Source of the DNA: an uncultured Klebsiella sp.
Lineage (GTDB): Bacteria > Verrucomicrobiota > Verrucomicrobiia > Limisphaerales > SXTU01
Assembly (NCBI GenBank): GCA_964478755.1
Contig: CAYZJP010000006.1
Coordinates: 5,350-69,349, forward strand
Length of the DNA: 64,000 nucleotides
Reading direction: 5' to 3'
Positions 7,789-16,157 of this stretch are shown piece after piece (within the stretch, counting starts at the first letter, position 1; every line of letters starts with the position of its first letter). A program made the translations under genes and the position numbers. The notes under the pieces are model-generated. The model searched no databases, had not been told where the DNA came from, and worked only from the letters and a program-made list of their open reading frames with translations.

Positions 7789-8892
7789 TTAACTCGGACC
7801 GAAGCGGTCCCGGAGCCAGCGGCGGACGTGTCCGGTATGCCGCTCGAAACAATAATAAATCCCCCAAGAGGCGGCGAGCACCGCAATCAGCTTGAGTATC
7901 AGGCTGACACACGAAGCCAAATCCACCTGTCTGCGACCGGGGAAATAGAATACCCATAAGCCCAGCATCACGTAGTGCGTGAGATAAAGTGTGTAGGAAA
8001 AATCCGCCCAGAACTTTCCGTGCCGTTCCAAACGGCTCACGGATTCCGAACCCGGTTGCCAAGCAGACAACACATGGACCATCAGGACAAAACCACTTGC
8101 CAGAATCAAGACAGACGTAGCCATATTCGGAATCCACCTCTGCCAAATAGTGATATTCACGGAAACGGTCCCGCTGTTCAACTGAGTCAAGACCATTCCG
8201 ATGCCGGCCAGCAAAAGTCCAACCAGCAACAAGCAGACGCGTCGCGTGACCGCCCCCAATTGATGGGCCACCGCCCCTGATAGCCAGCACCCGAGGTAAT
8301 GGACAGCGCCCATTTGGCATAGCACCGCCAAACTTGTGGCGGTCAACATAAGAAAAGCGACCCGCGCGTGGAACGATCCCGCGGTCGTGGTCGCAAGCGC
8401 GCAACCCCACAGAACATAAAACCACATTTCAAACGCCAGAGACCATAACGGCGCGTTGCCGCCAAAGACTCCGATAGTGGAAAACACTCCTTGCAATCCG
8501 AACAGATTGCCCGCCAACTCCATTCCCGATACTTCTCTTCGCTGGAGTAACGTGGCGAGCGCGGTCAGCCCCAAGGCAGGAACTAGGGGCACGTAAATAC
8601 GTGTGACGCGATCCAGCCAGTAAGCCGAGACATTGAAACGACCTTCGACAGCGCGCTGCAAAGACCGACCCCCGACCAGATAACCACTCAAAACAAAAAA
8701 TACCACAACGGCTTCGTGTCCAAGACGGGATAAGGCAAAAGCCAGTGCCGTCATCCAGCCTTTGTCATCCGAAGACAACGCGCCATATTCCAAGAAATGT
8801 GCCCCCCTGACGTGGCAGAGGAGCACCTGAAAGGCAGCCAAGAAACGGATCCAATCCAGCCAGTAATATCGATTTGTCTCAGAACAGTGCAT
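7789..8892 (-). CDS. Acyltransferase family 3 (AT3) membrane O-acyltransferase
   Basis: 367 aa, polytopic, with N-terminal AT3 signature YWLDWIRFLAAFQVLLCHV. No fused SGNH domain. Confidence 0.85.
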   Translation of the reverse strand: MHCSETNRYYWLDWIRFLAAFQVLLCHVRGAHFLEYGALSSDDKGWMTALAFALSRLGHEAVVVFFVLSGYLVGGRSLQRAVEGRFNVSAYWLDRVTRIYVPLVPALGLTALATLLQRREVSGMELAGNLFGLQGVFSTIGVFGGNAPLWSLAFEMWFYVLWGCALATTTAGSFHARVAFLMLTATSLAVLCQMGAVHYLGCWLSGAVAHQLGAVTRRVCLLLVGLLLAGIGMVLTQLNSGTVSVNITIWQRWIPNMATSVLILASGFVLMVHVLSAWQPGSESVSRLERHGKFWADFSYTLYLTHYVMLGLWVFYFPGRRQVDLASCVSLILKLIAVLAASWGIYYCFERHTGHVRRWLRDRFGPS

Positions 8893-8916
8893 TGAGAATC
8901 TCCGTGAGTCGGATAA

Positions 8917-10767
8917 CTAATCTAGTTTGAAGCTCTCGATGTATTGCTTCCGCGCGGACTCGTCCTGCTGCGGCTGCTCGGTGCGGCGCAGGACGCAGTT
9001 CTCCAGCACGAGCACATCCATGTCCGAGGCCATGAAGCAACGGTAAGCGTCCTGGGGGGTGCAGACAATCGGCTCGCCACGGATGTTGAAGCTGGTGTTG
9101 ATGATGACCCCGCAGCCGGTCTGGCGTTTGAACTCCTTCATCAGCCGCCAATATCTTCCATGCCGCTCCTCGTCCACAGTCTGGAGGCGCGCGCTCATGT
9201 CCACGTGCGTGATCGCCGGCAGCGTGGAGCGCGGCACATTCACGCGCTTGCGAAGGTCGGGATCTTTCATCAACTGCCGCTGCTCCGATGTGAGCGGAAG
9301 CCAGTGCTCTTTCTTCACGTCGGCCACCATGAGCATATAGGGCGACTCGCGGTCGTGGTCGAAATACTTCTGCACGTCCTCGATGAGCACACACGGGGCG
9401 AAGGGCCGGAAGCTCTCGCGGAACTTGATGCGCAGGTTCATCTGCGACTGCATCGCCGGGCTGCGGGCATCGCCGATGATGCTGCGCGCCCCAAGCGCAC
9501 GCGGGCCGAACTCCATCCGCCCGCTGAACCAGCCGACGACTTTTTCGGAGGCCATCTCCTGCGCGACGGCTTCGAGCAGCGCGGGCTCCTGCTCGTAAAA
9601 CGTGTAGCGGACTTGCTTCCCGTCGAGGAAGGCGCGGATTTCCTCGTTCGAGAACTTCGGGCCGAGCAGCGAGCCTTTGAGCGAATCCTTCCGCGCGGCG
9701 ACGTGCGTGCGCGGCTGGTCGAGCAACTGGTGATGGACGAAGAGCGCCGCGCCCAGCGCGCCGCCGGCATCGCCGGACGCGGGCGTGGCGAACACGTCGT
9801 CGAAGATTTTTTCCCGGAGCAATTTTCCGTTTGCGACGCAGTTGAGCGCGACGCCACCGGCGAGGCAGAGATTTTTGCTGCCGGTCAGTTCCTTCGCATG
9901 CCGGGCCATGCGCAGGACGACCTCCTCCGTGACTTTCTGAATCGAGGCGGCAATGTCCATCTCTCGCTGCGTGATGGCAGTTTCGGGATTGCGTGCAGGA
10001 CCGCCAAAGAGCGAGGCGAACTTGTCGTTCGTCATCGTGAGGCCCTGACAGTAGTTGAAATAGCTCATGTCCATCGCGAGCGAGCCGTCGGGCTTCACGT
10101 CCACGAGGTTCTTGAGGATGGTGTCCACAAAGCGCGGCTCGCCGTAGGGCGCAAGGCCCATGAGCTTGTATTCGCCGGAGTTGACCTTGAAGCCACAGAA
10201 GTAGGTGACTGCGCTGTAGAGCAGGCCGAGCGAATGCGGGAAATGCAGTGTCTTGAGAATTTTGATCTTGTTCCCCTGGCCGTGGCCGATGGTCGCCGTG
10301 TCCCATTCGCCGACGCCGTCGAGCGTGAGGATGGCCGCGTCCTCGTAGCGCGACGGGAAGAAGGTGCTGGCCGCGTGCGACTCATGGTGGCCGGTGAACG
10401 CGATGCGCTTCGTGTAGCGCCCGCCAAGCGCCTTCCGAATCTCGCGCGGAAGGTGCAGCTTGGTTTTCAGCCACAACGGCATCGCCATGAGAAAGGATTG
10501 GAAGCCTTCCGGCGCGAAGGCGAGGTAAGTCTCCAGCAGACGGTCGAACTTGAGCAGCGGCTTGTCGTAGAAGACGACGTAGTCGAGTTGTTCGGGCATG
10601 AGGCTAGCTTCGCGCAGGCAGTAGTCCACCGCGTGCGTGGGGAACTCGTGGTCGTGCTTGATGCGCGTGAAGCGTTCCTCCTGCGCGGCGGCGACAATGT
10701 CGCCGTCCACGACCAGCGCGGCGGCGCTGTCGTGGTAGAACGCGGAGAGGCCGAGGATGGCGGGCAT
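8917..10767 (-). CDS. Carbamoyltransferase (NodU/CmcH/SxtI family)
   Basis: 616 aa with GLSAFYHDSAAALV, HHESHAAS and C-terminal VIINTSFNIRGEPIV. Full-length copy of the sequence repeated at 7463 and 6328. Confidence 0.9.
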   Translation of the reverse strand: MPAILGLSAFYHDSAAALVVDGDIVAAAQEERFTRIKHDHEFPTHAVDYCLREASLMPEQLDYVVFYDKPLLKFDRLLETYLAFAPEGFQSFLMAMPLWLKTKLHLPREIRKALGGRYTKRIAFTGHHESHAASTFFPSRYEDAAILTLDGVGEWDTATIGHGQGNKIKILKTLHFPHSLGLLYSAVTYFCGFKVNSGEYKLMGLAPYGEPRFVDTILKNLVDVKPDGSLAMDMSYFNYCQGLTMTNDKFASLFGGPARNPETAITQREMDIAASIQKVTEEVVLRMARHAKELTGSKNLCLAGGVALNCVANGKLLREKIFDDVFATPASGDAGGALGAALFVHHQLLDQPRTHVAARKDSLKGSLLGPKFSNEEIRAFLDGKQVRYTFYEQEPALLEAVAQEMASEKVVGWFSGRMEFGPRALGARSIIGDARSPAMQSQMNLRIKFRESFRPFAPCVLIEDVQKYFDHDRESPYMLMVADVKKEHWLPLTSEQRQLMKDPDLRKRVNVPRSTLPAITHVDMSARLQTVDEERHGRYWRLMKEFKRQTGCGVIINTSFNIRGEPIVCTPQDAYRCFMASDMDVLVLENCVLRRTEQPQQDESARKQYIESFKLD

Positions 10768-10775
10768 CGTGATGG

Positions 10776-12056
10776 TCAGGGCTTGGCTTGAACCGGCACT
10801 GATTGCAGCAGCTTGGAACGGAGGACAGCCTCCGCGATGACTTGGTGCCCTTCGGCAGTCGGATGCGCGTCTTTCAGGAAGTGGAGCCAGCGCCCCGTTT
10901 TCTGGTGCAATTCACGCATCGGGGTCTGCGCGTCAACAAACCCGATGCCCAAGTCCTGGCAGTAACGGGAGACACGCCGGGTCGTGGCCTCGGGATCGTA
11001 TCGCTCGCTTGGAAAGGTGGCCTTGCGCAAATCGTCGTAAACTTGGGGTAGATAAGGGATGCCAGTCACGATCAGCTTCGCTCCCTGCCGATCCGCCTCG
11101 GTCTTGAGACCTTGTAGCAAGGCCTTGAACAGACGATGCTGATATTCGTGCGCGGGCGAGATTTCCTTCTCCATGACAATCTCCATGTTCGGCCACAAAG
11201 ACTGCCCTCCAACGCGCACCCTTGCGCCGATCATCAACATGAACTTCGAGCGGCGCAGTTGACGAAACGTGGCACTCTGATCACAGAGTCGGCGCACGGA
11301 CATTGCGAAGGTTAAATTGTGCCCGTATTCTTTGGCTGCCTCCTGCCGGGCAGGGATCCAGTGCTTCGGCACTAGTTTGCCCTGCTCGTCGAAGTCAAAG
11401 TAGTCGCGCTCCCGGTCGCCGCCGTAAATCCAACCGCCCCGGCCCGGCGGCAGGAGGTCATAAAAATCCGTCGCGTAAGACAGGCCGACGACCACATAGT
11501 GCGGCTTGAGGCGTGGTCCGTCGTCTCGCAGGCGGGACAAATACTGATGGAGGCTGTAGCCGGTGGTGCCTGCGTTGAACGTGCGGAAGATGTCGCTTCC
11601 GGCAGCGGCATTGAGCTGTTGCTCAAGCTGCTTGGCCCAGGTCTGGGTGGTGGAAATGCCGGTGGCGAACGTGTGCGAATCGCCCAGGATGAGCACACGC
11701 GTCTTCGCCACGTCCCCCGCCAAGTTTTCCTCACGGTCGTTCATGAAATGGGCGTTCACCCGGCCCGCAGCCACATACTCAGGAGTCCGATGAAGGTAGT
11801 CACCCGGCGCGGGCTTCCACCCCCAGTGCGGATCGTCTACCCAATGAGCCCCCTCGAAACTGGTTCGGCTCAATTCCCGCGCTTCCAGAATCCTGAACGC
11901 GGCCTCGGCGAGTATCGAGGCCAAGCCCAATCCCAGAAGCAAAGCAATCAAGCCGAAAACTAGCCGACGCCGACGAGACCGTCCTGGTTGGGGGGGCGCG
12001 TTCATATTTGCTGGGATGGGGCTGACAAAAGACAGTGCAAAATTCTCCGTGTTCAT
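10776..12056 (-). CDS. Membrane-anchored SGNH/GDSL hydrolase-fold protein
   Basis: ORF 10776..12161. It has an N-terminal TM segment (LVFGLIALLLGLGLASILA), block I VLILGDSHTF, block II FNAGTTGYS and a C-terminal DAHPTAEGH. The start is either the ATG at 12056 or the one at 12005. Confidence 0.75.
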   Translation of the reverse strand: MNTENFALSFVSPIPANMNAPPQPGRSRRRRLVFGLIALLLGLGLASILAEAAFRILEARELSRTSFEGAHWVDDPHWGWKPAPGDYLHRTPEYVAAGRVNAHFMNDREENLAGDVAKTRVLILGDSHTFATGISTTQTWAKQLEQQLNAAAGSDIFRTFNAGTTGYSLHQYLSRLRDDGPRLKPHYVVVGLSYATDFYDLLPPGRGGWIYGGDRERDYFDFDEQGKLVPKHWIPARQEAAKEYGHNLTFAMSVRRLCDQSATFRQLRRSKFMLMIGARVRVGGQSLWPNMEIVMEKEISPAHEYQHRLFKALLQGLKTEADRQGAKLIVTGIPYLPQVYDDLRKATFPSERYDPEATTRRVSRYCQDLGIGFVDAQTPMRELHQKTGRWLHFLKDAHPTAEGHQVIAEAVLRSKLLQSVPVQAKP

Positions 12057-12317
12057 CGTGCGAACGCGGGGCAAGACTAGTTGGACGCTAGACTGGAAAG
12101 CAAGCTCATCGCACTGATTTGTCAGCGGCCGCTTCTCCAATGTATTGGCCGTGCAGGGCATCGCAACCCAGCCGACTCATCGCCCTTCCCGGCCCACTGT
12201 CATCCACGGATTTGCGGTCGGCAGGGTTTCACCACCAATAGCCAAGCCACTCCCGTCACCTGGCGGCAGGGGCAGGCGCTGTCGTTTCCAGAAATCTCCG
12301 ATGGACAGGCGTCAGTT

Positions 12318-13451
12318 TCACGGCTGACTGGCTGAAGCGGCCGGCGTGCCCGGCTTGAGAATTGTTTTCTTCAATTCTTCGGCCAGCACATCGGCGCCAA
12401 GTGCCGTTACGTGGACTCCTGATTGGATGAAGCACTCTCTTCGTTGAGGGTGCTTCTCGAAGACCGCCGCGGCATCACAGATGGCAACGCCCTCTTCGCG
12501 TCCAATCGCCACAACGCGTTCGCGCCATTCTCGGACTCCATAAGTTAAATACCAGTTAGGGTCGCCGTTGTCACCGAAGCGTAAAATGACGGGTGTAGCC
12601 CCCTGCTCGCGGATGAACTTGAGATAGGCGCGCAGGGTCTTTTCAAGATTGGCCATCACATACGGGTGCTGTGTGGGGTGATGCACGGGCCGTTCACTCA
12701 AGACCGGCTCCCGATATTCTGCGGTGGCCTGCCTTTCGAACAGCTTCTTGATTCGATAATCCCACAGACGGACCAGCGCGCTGTGGCGAATCCAGAATCC
12801 GGCCTGGCCGAGATTCGTGGGCACGACGGACCAGCGCTGCTCCTTGAACAACCGGTCCAGCATGCCATGATCTTGCCGCGTGAACTGCTCAGCGGACTGC
12901 CCCTCGTTGACGCCCGCGAACAGCACGACGTAATCCGGTCGGAGCTGGGGAATCAGCCGGCGGCCCAGGGCAAACTCATGCGACAAGGCGAAACAAATCT
13001 GCCCTGCGTTCATCACCTCATCTTGGCTGTGGCCTGGCACCGCGCGTAACTTGCGCTGGAGAACACTCGGCCAGGCACCGTCTGTGTCCAGATTGTAACA
13101 GAACGTCGTCGAGCCGCCCGAGCAATAGATGCGCGTCGCCCCTTTGGGCTTGGTCGCGGGGAAGTCCTCGCGGTTGCGCAGGCCCCAGTTGTTCAGGAGC
13201 GAGTTCGAGTTATAGGCGTTGCGCCGGTGTGTGGCACCGAGTTCAGGGTCGGGCTCGTAGAGGCCGTAGCTCTTGCCAGGCACGCCATACTTGAAGTGGA
13301 TGACCACGCGCAGAGCCACTTCCCCGACCAGCAGCAGCACAACGATCAGTGCCGGCACTAGGCCAACGGCTAGCATCGCGAAGGTTCGCCTGCGATTCGG
13401 CACGAGAGGTTCGGCCGAGGATGAATTTGACTGTTCGCTATTTTGCTTCAT
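12318..13451 (-). CDS. Membrane-anchored SGNH-like protein (divergent catalytic blocks)
   Basis: ORF 12318..13634 trimmed to the ATG at 13451 (MKQNSEQ). TM segment FAMLAVGLVPALIVVLLLV; block I-like CSGGSTTF; block III-like LFAGVNEG. Confidence 0.65.
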   Translation of the reverse strand: MKQNSEQSNSSSAEPLVPNRRRTFAMLAVGLVPALIVVLLLVGEVALRVVIHFKYGVPGKSYGLYEPDPELGATHRRNAYNSNSLLNNWGLRNREDFPATKPKGATRIYCSGGSTTFCYNLDTDGAWPSVLQRKLRAVPGHSQDEVMNAGQICFALSHEFALGRRLIPQLRPDYVVLFAGVNEGQSAEQFTRQDHGMLDRLFKEQRWSVVPTNLGQAGFWIRHSALVRLWDYRIKKLFERQATAEYREPVLSERPVHHPTQHPYVMANLEKTLRAYLKFIREQGATPVILRFGDNGDPNWYLTYGVREWRERVVAIGREEGVAICDAAAVFEKHPQRRECFIQSGVHVTALGADVLAEELKKTILKPGTPAASASQP

Positions 13452-13461
13452 GGTAAACGCT

Positions 13462-15249
13462 TCAGCTCGCTGGACGGCCCGTCCAGCGTTCGAGGACGAA
13501 GATGCTCCACTTCCGATACCATGTCTGCGTGGGGACCGGTGCGTCAAGCTCGATTGTGGCAAACACTTCGCGCCACTCGCTGCCAAGCCATTGCTCGAAG
13601 GGAAATAGGAAGCCGCGCTTGGGTTGGTGGGCAATCCAGTCAGGCACCTCGGGCACGGCTTGGAGCAGAAACCGTTTGCCCGGTTGCAACCGAACCGCCG
13701 CCGGGATGCGCGCCACGGCGTCCATCACCGGCAGATCAAGGAACGGCACGCGCAATTCCAACCCGTGGGCCATGCTCATCGCGTCGCTGTCGCGCAAGAG
13801 TTGATTCCTCATGTAGCGCGTCAACTCCAGCCGGCTGACCGTGTCCTCGGGTGTGGGGTCTGCGGGAAATTCATCGCCGCCAAAATCTTCAATGGCATCC
13901 GCGCCTGTATAATGCCGAGTGAGCACGCACGCCTCCGCGGCGGTGAAGGTGCCGCGCAGCGCTGCGTAGGCCGTGTCCAGCCGCGCGGGTTGGCCCAGCA
14001 TCTCACCGAGACGGCGCAACGGCGGGCGCGCTGACCGTTGCAGCGCCGCGCGGATGCCCAAGCGCGCCGGGCCGGTCCAGTGGAGGCGGCGGTTCAGCCG
14101 CGCCAAGCGCGGCACTTCGCGGAAGGACTTGTAGCCGCCAAAGATTTCGTCTCCGCCGAGGCCGGAGAGCACAACCTTCATGCCCCGTTCGCGGGCGAAT
14201 TTGGACACGGCGAAGGTGTTCAACCCATCTATGCTCGGCTGGTCCATCGCGCGGAGGAACTGCCCGAACAAATCTCGCCCGGTCACGGCGTCCAGCGGCC
14301 ATTCCTCGTGGCGGGTTCCGAAGTGCGCTGCCGTGCGGCGCGCAAGGCCACCCTCGTCGGCCGACAAGCCCGGAAAAGTGATGGAGTAGGTATGCAGGTC
14401 AGTGCGGCCCGCCATGCGCGCCAACGCGACCAGCGCCGTCGAGTCAATCCCGCCGCTAAGAAAGACTCCGGCCGACACGTCGCTGATGAAGTGGTGCTCC
14501 ACCGAGTCGAGCAACGCACGGCGTGTGGACCGGATCGCATCCGCTTCGCCCACCGGCTCCGTGCCGAAACGCAGGGACCAGTAACGCCGCGCGTCCAGCC
14601 GCCCCTCCCGCCACACAGCCAGATGTCCGTCTTCGAGACAGCGGACGTCTCGAAGCAACGTGCGTGGTTCCGGCACTGAGCCAGTGCGGAAATAGCCATA
14701 AAGGCCTTGCGCATCCAATTCCCGTCCCACCAACCCGGAGGCCAGCAGCGCGCGCACCTCGGAGGCGAACACCAGCCGACCACGGGCTTCATGGAAGTAA
14801 AGTGGCTTGATGCCAAAGGGGTCACGTGCAAGCAGGCACGTCTTTTCTAGCTCGTCCCACAGCGCGAAGGCAAACATACCCCGCAATTTTTCCACACACG
14901 CCGGGCCATACGCTTCGTAGGCGCGGAGGATGACCTCGGTGTCCGAGTTGGAGCGGAACACTACGCCGAGCTTCTGCAAAGGTTCACGCAGCTCGCGGTA
15001 GTTGTAAATCTCGCCGTTGAAGACAATGGTGAAGCGCCCGTCCGGCGTGCTCATCGGCTGGTGCCCGGCAGGGCTGAGATCGAGGATGGACAGGCGCGCG
15101 TGCGCCAGTTCCGCGTGGCCACCCTGCGAACGGAACATTCCCTCGTCGTCGGGACCGCGATGTCGCAACGCGCCCAGCATCTTCGGGAGCACCAAAGCGA
15201 CGCGTTCAAGCGGCACGATAGTGTTCAGAATCCCGGCGATGCCGCACAT
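13462..15249 (-). CDS. Asparagine synthase (glutamine-hydrolysing) family amidotransferase
   Basis: 595 aa with N-terminal MCGIAG (Cys2 nucleophile) and PP-loop FLSGGIDS. Confidence 0.9.
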   Translation of the reverse strand: MCGIAGILNTIVPLERVALVLPKMLGALRHRGPDDEGMFRSQGGHAELAHARLSILDLSPAGHQPMSTPDGRFTIVFNGEIYNYRELREPLQKLGVVFRSNSDTEVILRAYEAYGPACVEKLRGMFAFALWDELEKTCLLARDPFGIKPLYFHEARGRLVFASEVRALLASGLVGRELDAQGLYGYFRTGSVPEPRTLLRDVRCLEDGHLAVWREGRLDARRYWSLRFGTEPVGEADAIRSTRRALLDSVEHHFISDVSAGVFLSGGIDSTALVALARMAGRTDLHTYSITFPGLSADEGGLARRTAAHFGTRHEEWPLDAVTGRDLFGQFLRAMDQPSIDGLNTFAVSKFARERGMKVVLSGLGGDEIFGGYKSFREVPRLARLNRRLHWTGPARLGIRAALQRSARPPLRRLGEMLGQPARLDTAYAALRGTFTAAEACVLTRHYTGADAIEDFGGDEFPADPTPEDTVSRLELTRYMRNQLLRDSDAMSMAHGLELRVPFLDLPVMDAVARIPAAVRLQPGKRFLLQAVPEVPDWIAHQPKRGFLFPFEQWLGSEWREVFATIELDAPVPTQTWYRKWSIFVLERWTGRPAS

Positions 15250-15257
15250 GAGCGCTT

Positions 15258-16145
15258 TCAGGCGTGAGGCCGAGTGGCGACGAGGTCGCTTCCCCCGGCC
15301 GTTTGAACGGCAGTGCCGGGCGTTTTGCCCGCAAGGTAATCCTTCACTGGCTGCAAACGAAATCCTTGCTCCAACAGAAACCTTTGGGCCGCGCCGGGTG
15401 TTATCCCGCTCTCAGGCCGTTTTTCCGCCCAGTCGTTGAACTCGAACACAACCACGGGTGCGGGTTCCTGACGCAGCAAACCGACAGCCCCCTGAAACAC
15501 GCCGAGTTCGAAACCCTCCACGTCAACCTTGATTAAATCCACCGATGATAATCCGTGCCGCGCGACTGCTGTGTCCAAACTCATGGTTGGCACCGCCACT
15601 CCGCTCCCACCGAACCGACAAGCAAGGGAACCCATTCCGAATTTAGCCTCTGGGGCGTCGTGGAACATGATGGTGTCCCCCTCCTTTTGTGTGACGGCGT
15701 AGTTTAGCGGGGTAAAATTGGCCAGCCGGTTCACCGCTGCGTTCGCGGACAGGTATTGGAAGATGGCAGGTGAAGCTTCGAATCCCAAGACCCGTCCATC
15801 CGGACAGCACGCTTGGGCCGCCCACAGCGACATGGCTCCGATGTTCGCCCCGACATCCAAGAAAGTTCCTGCCCGCCGCAGTGCCCGCTGGATTACTGCG
15901 CAGGTATCGCGGTCATAGCAGCCGTCTGTGAGCAGATGAAACGCTATCGGCTCGAGTAATGAAGGCGCCCGATAAATCAGCCCGGTCGTTTGAATCTCCA
16001 CAGATCCTGCCGACATCACCAAGTTTGTTATTGCACGGGCCAGCTTTGTCCTGCCCGGCAGGCGGTGGGGCATGCACCGTAAAAGATACAGCCAGCGAGG
16101 GATGGGTTGGCAGGCTGGAAATCTTATGGCTGAGGAACATTCCAT
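15258..16145 (-). CDS. FkbM family methyltransferase
   Basis: Motifs FLDVGANIGAMS, LGFEASP and IKVDVEGFE. Confidence 0.85.
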   Translation of the reverse strand: MECSSAIRFPACQPIPRWLYLLRCMPHRLPGRTKLARAITNLVMSAGSVEIQTTGLIYRAPSLLEPIAFHLLTDGCYDRDTCAVIQRALRRAGTFLDVGANIGAMSLWAAQACCPDGRVLGFEASPAIFQYLSANAAVNRLANFTPLNYAVTQKEGDTIMFHDAPEAKFGMGSLACRFGGSGVAVPTMSLDTAVARHGLSSVDLIKVDVEGFELGVFQGAVGLLRQEPAPVVVFEFNDWAEKRPESGITPGAAQRFLLEQGFRLQPVKDYLAGKTPGTAVQTAGGSDLVATRPHA

Positions 16146-16157
16146 GATGCACGCGGG

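Noticed and set aside
7463-8425. A 320-aa ORF that could be read as a single protein ending in the carbamoyltransferase tail.
   Set aside because: Only the last 98 codons resemble carbamoyltransferase. Everything upstream is an alternate frame of the well-supported AT3 gene (7789-8892), and the homology breaks sharply at about 7759.
6328-8985. The triple direct repeat as a possible CRISPR-like or other non-coding repeat array.
   Set aside because: The repeat units are 100-300 nt, of unequal length and in frame with protein-coding sequence. The spacers between them are complete genes. This is not a CRISPR architecture.
8944-10791. Long plus-strand ORF (615 aa) opposite the carbamoyltransferase gene. 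Similar antisense ORFs occur at 28..1392, 39986..41641, 51359..52762, 53458..56304, 57244..58761, 58559..60130, 59988..61373 and 61805..63607.
   Set aside because: Their translations are Arg/Ala/Gly/Pro-rich low-complexity sequences with no motifs. Each lies exactly antisense to a gene with strong family signatures. These are typical shadow ORFs of GC-rich DNA.
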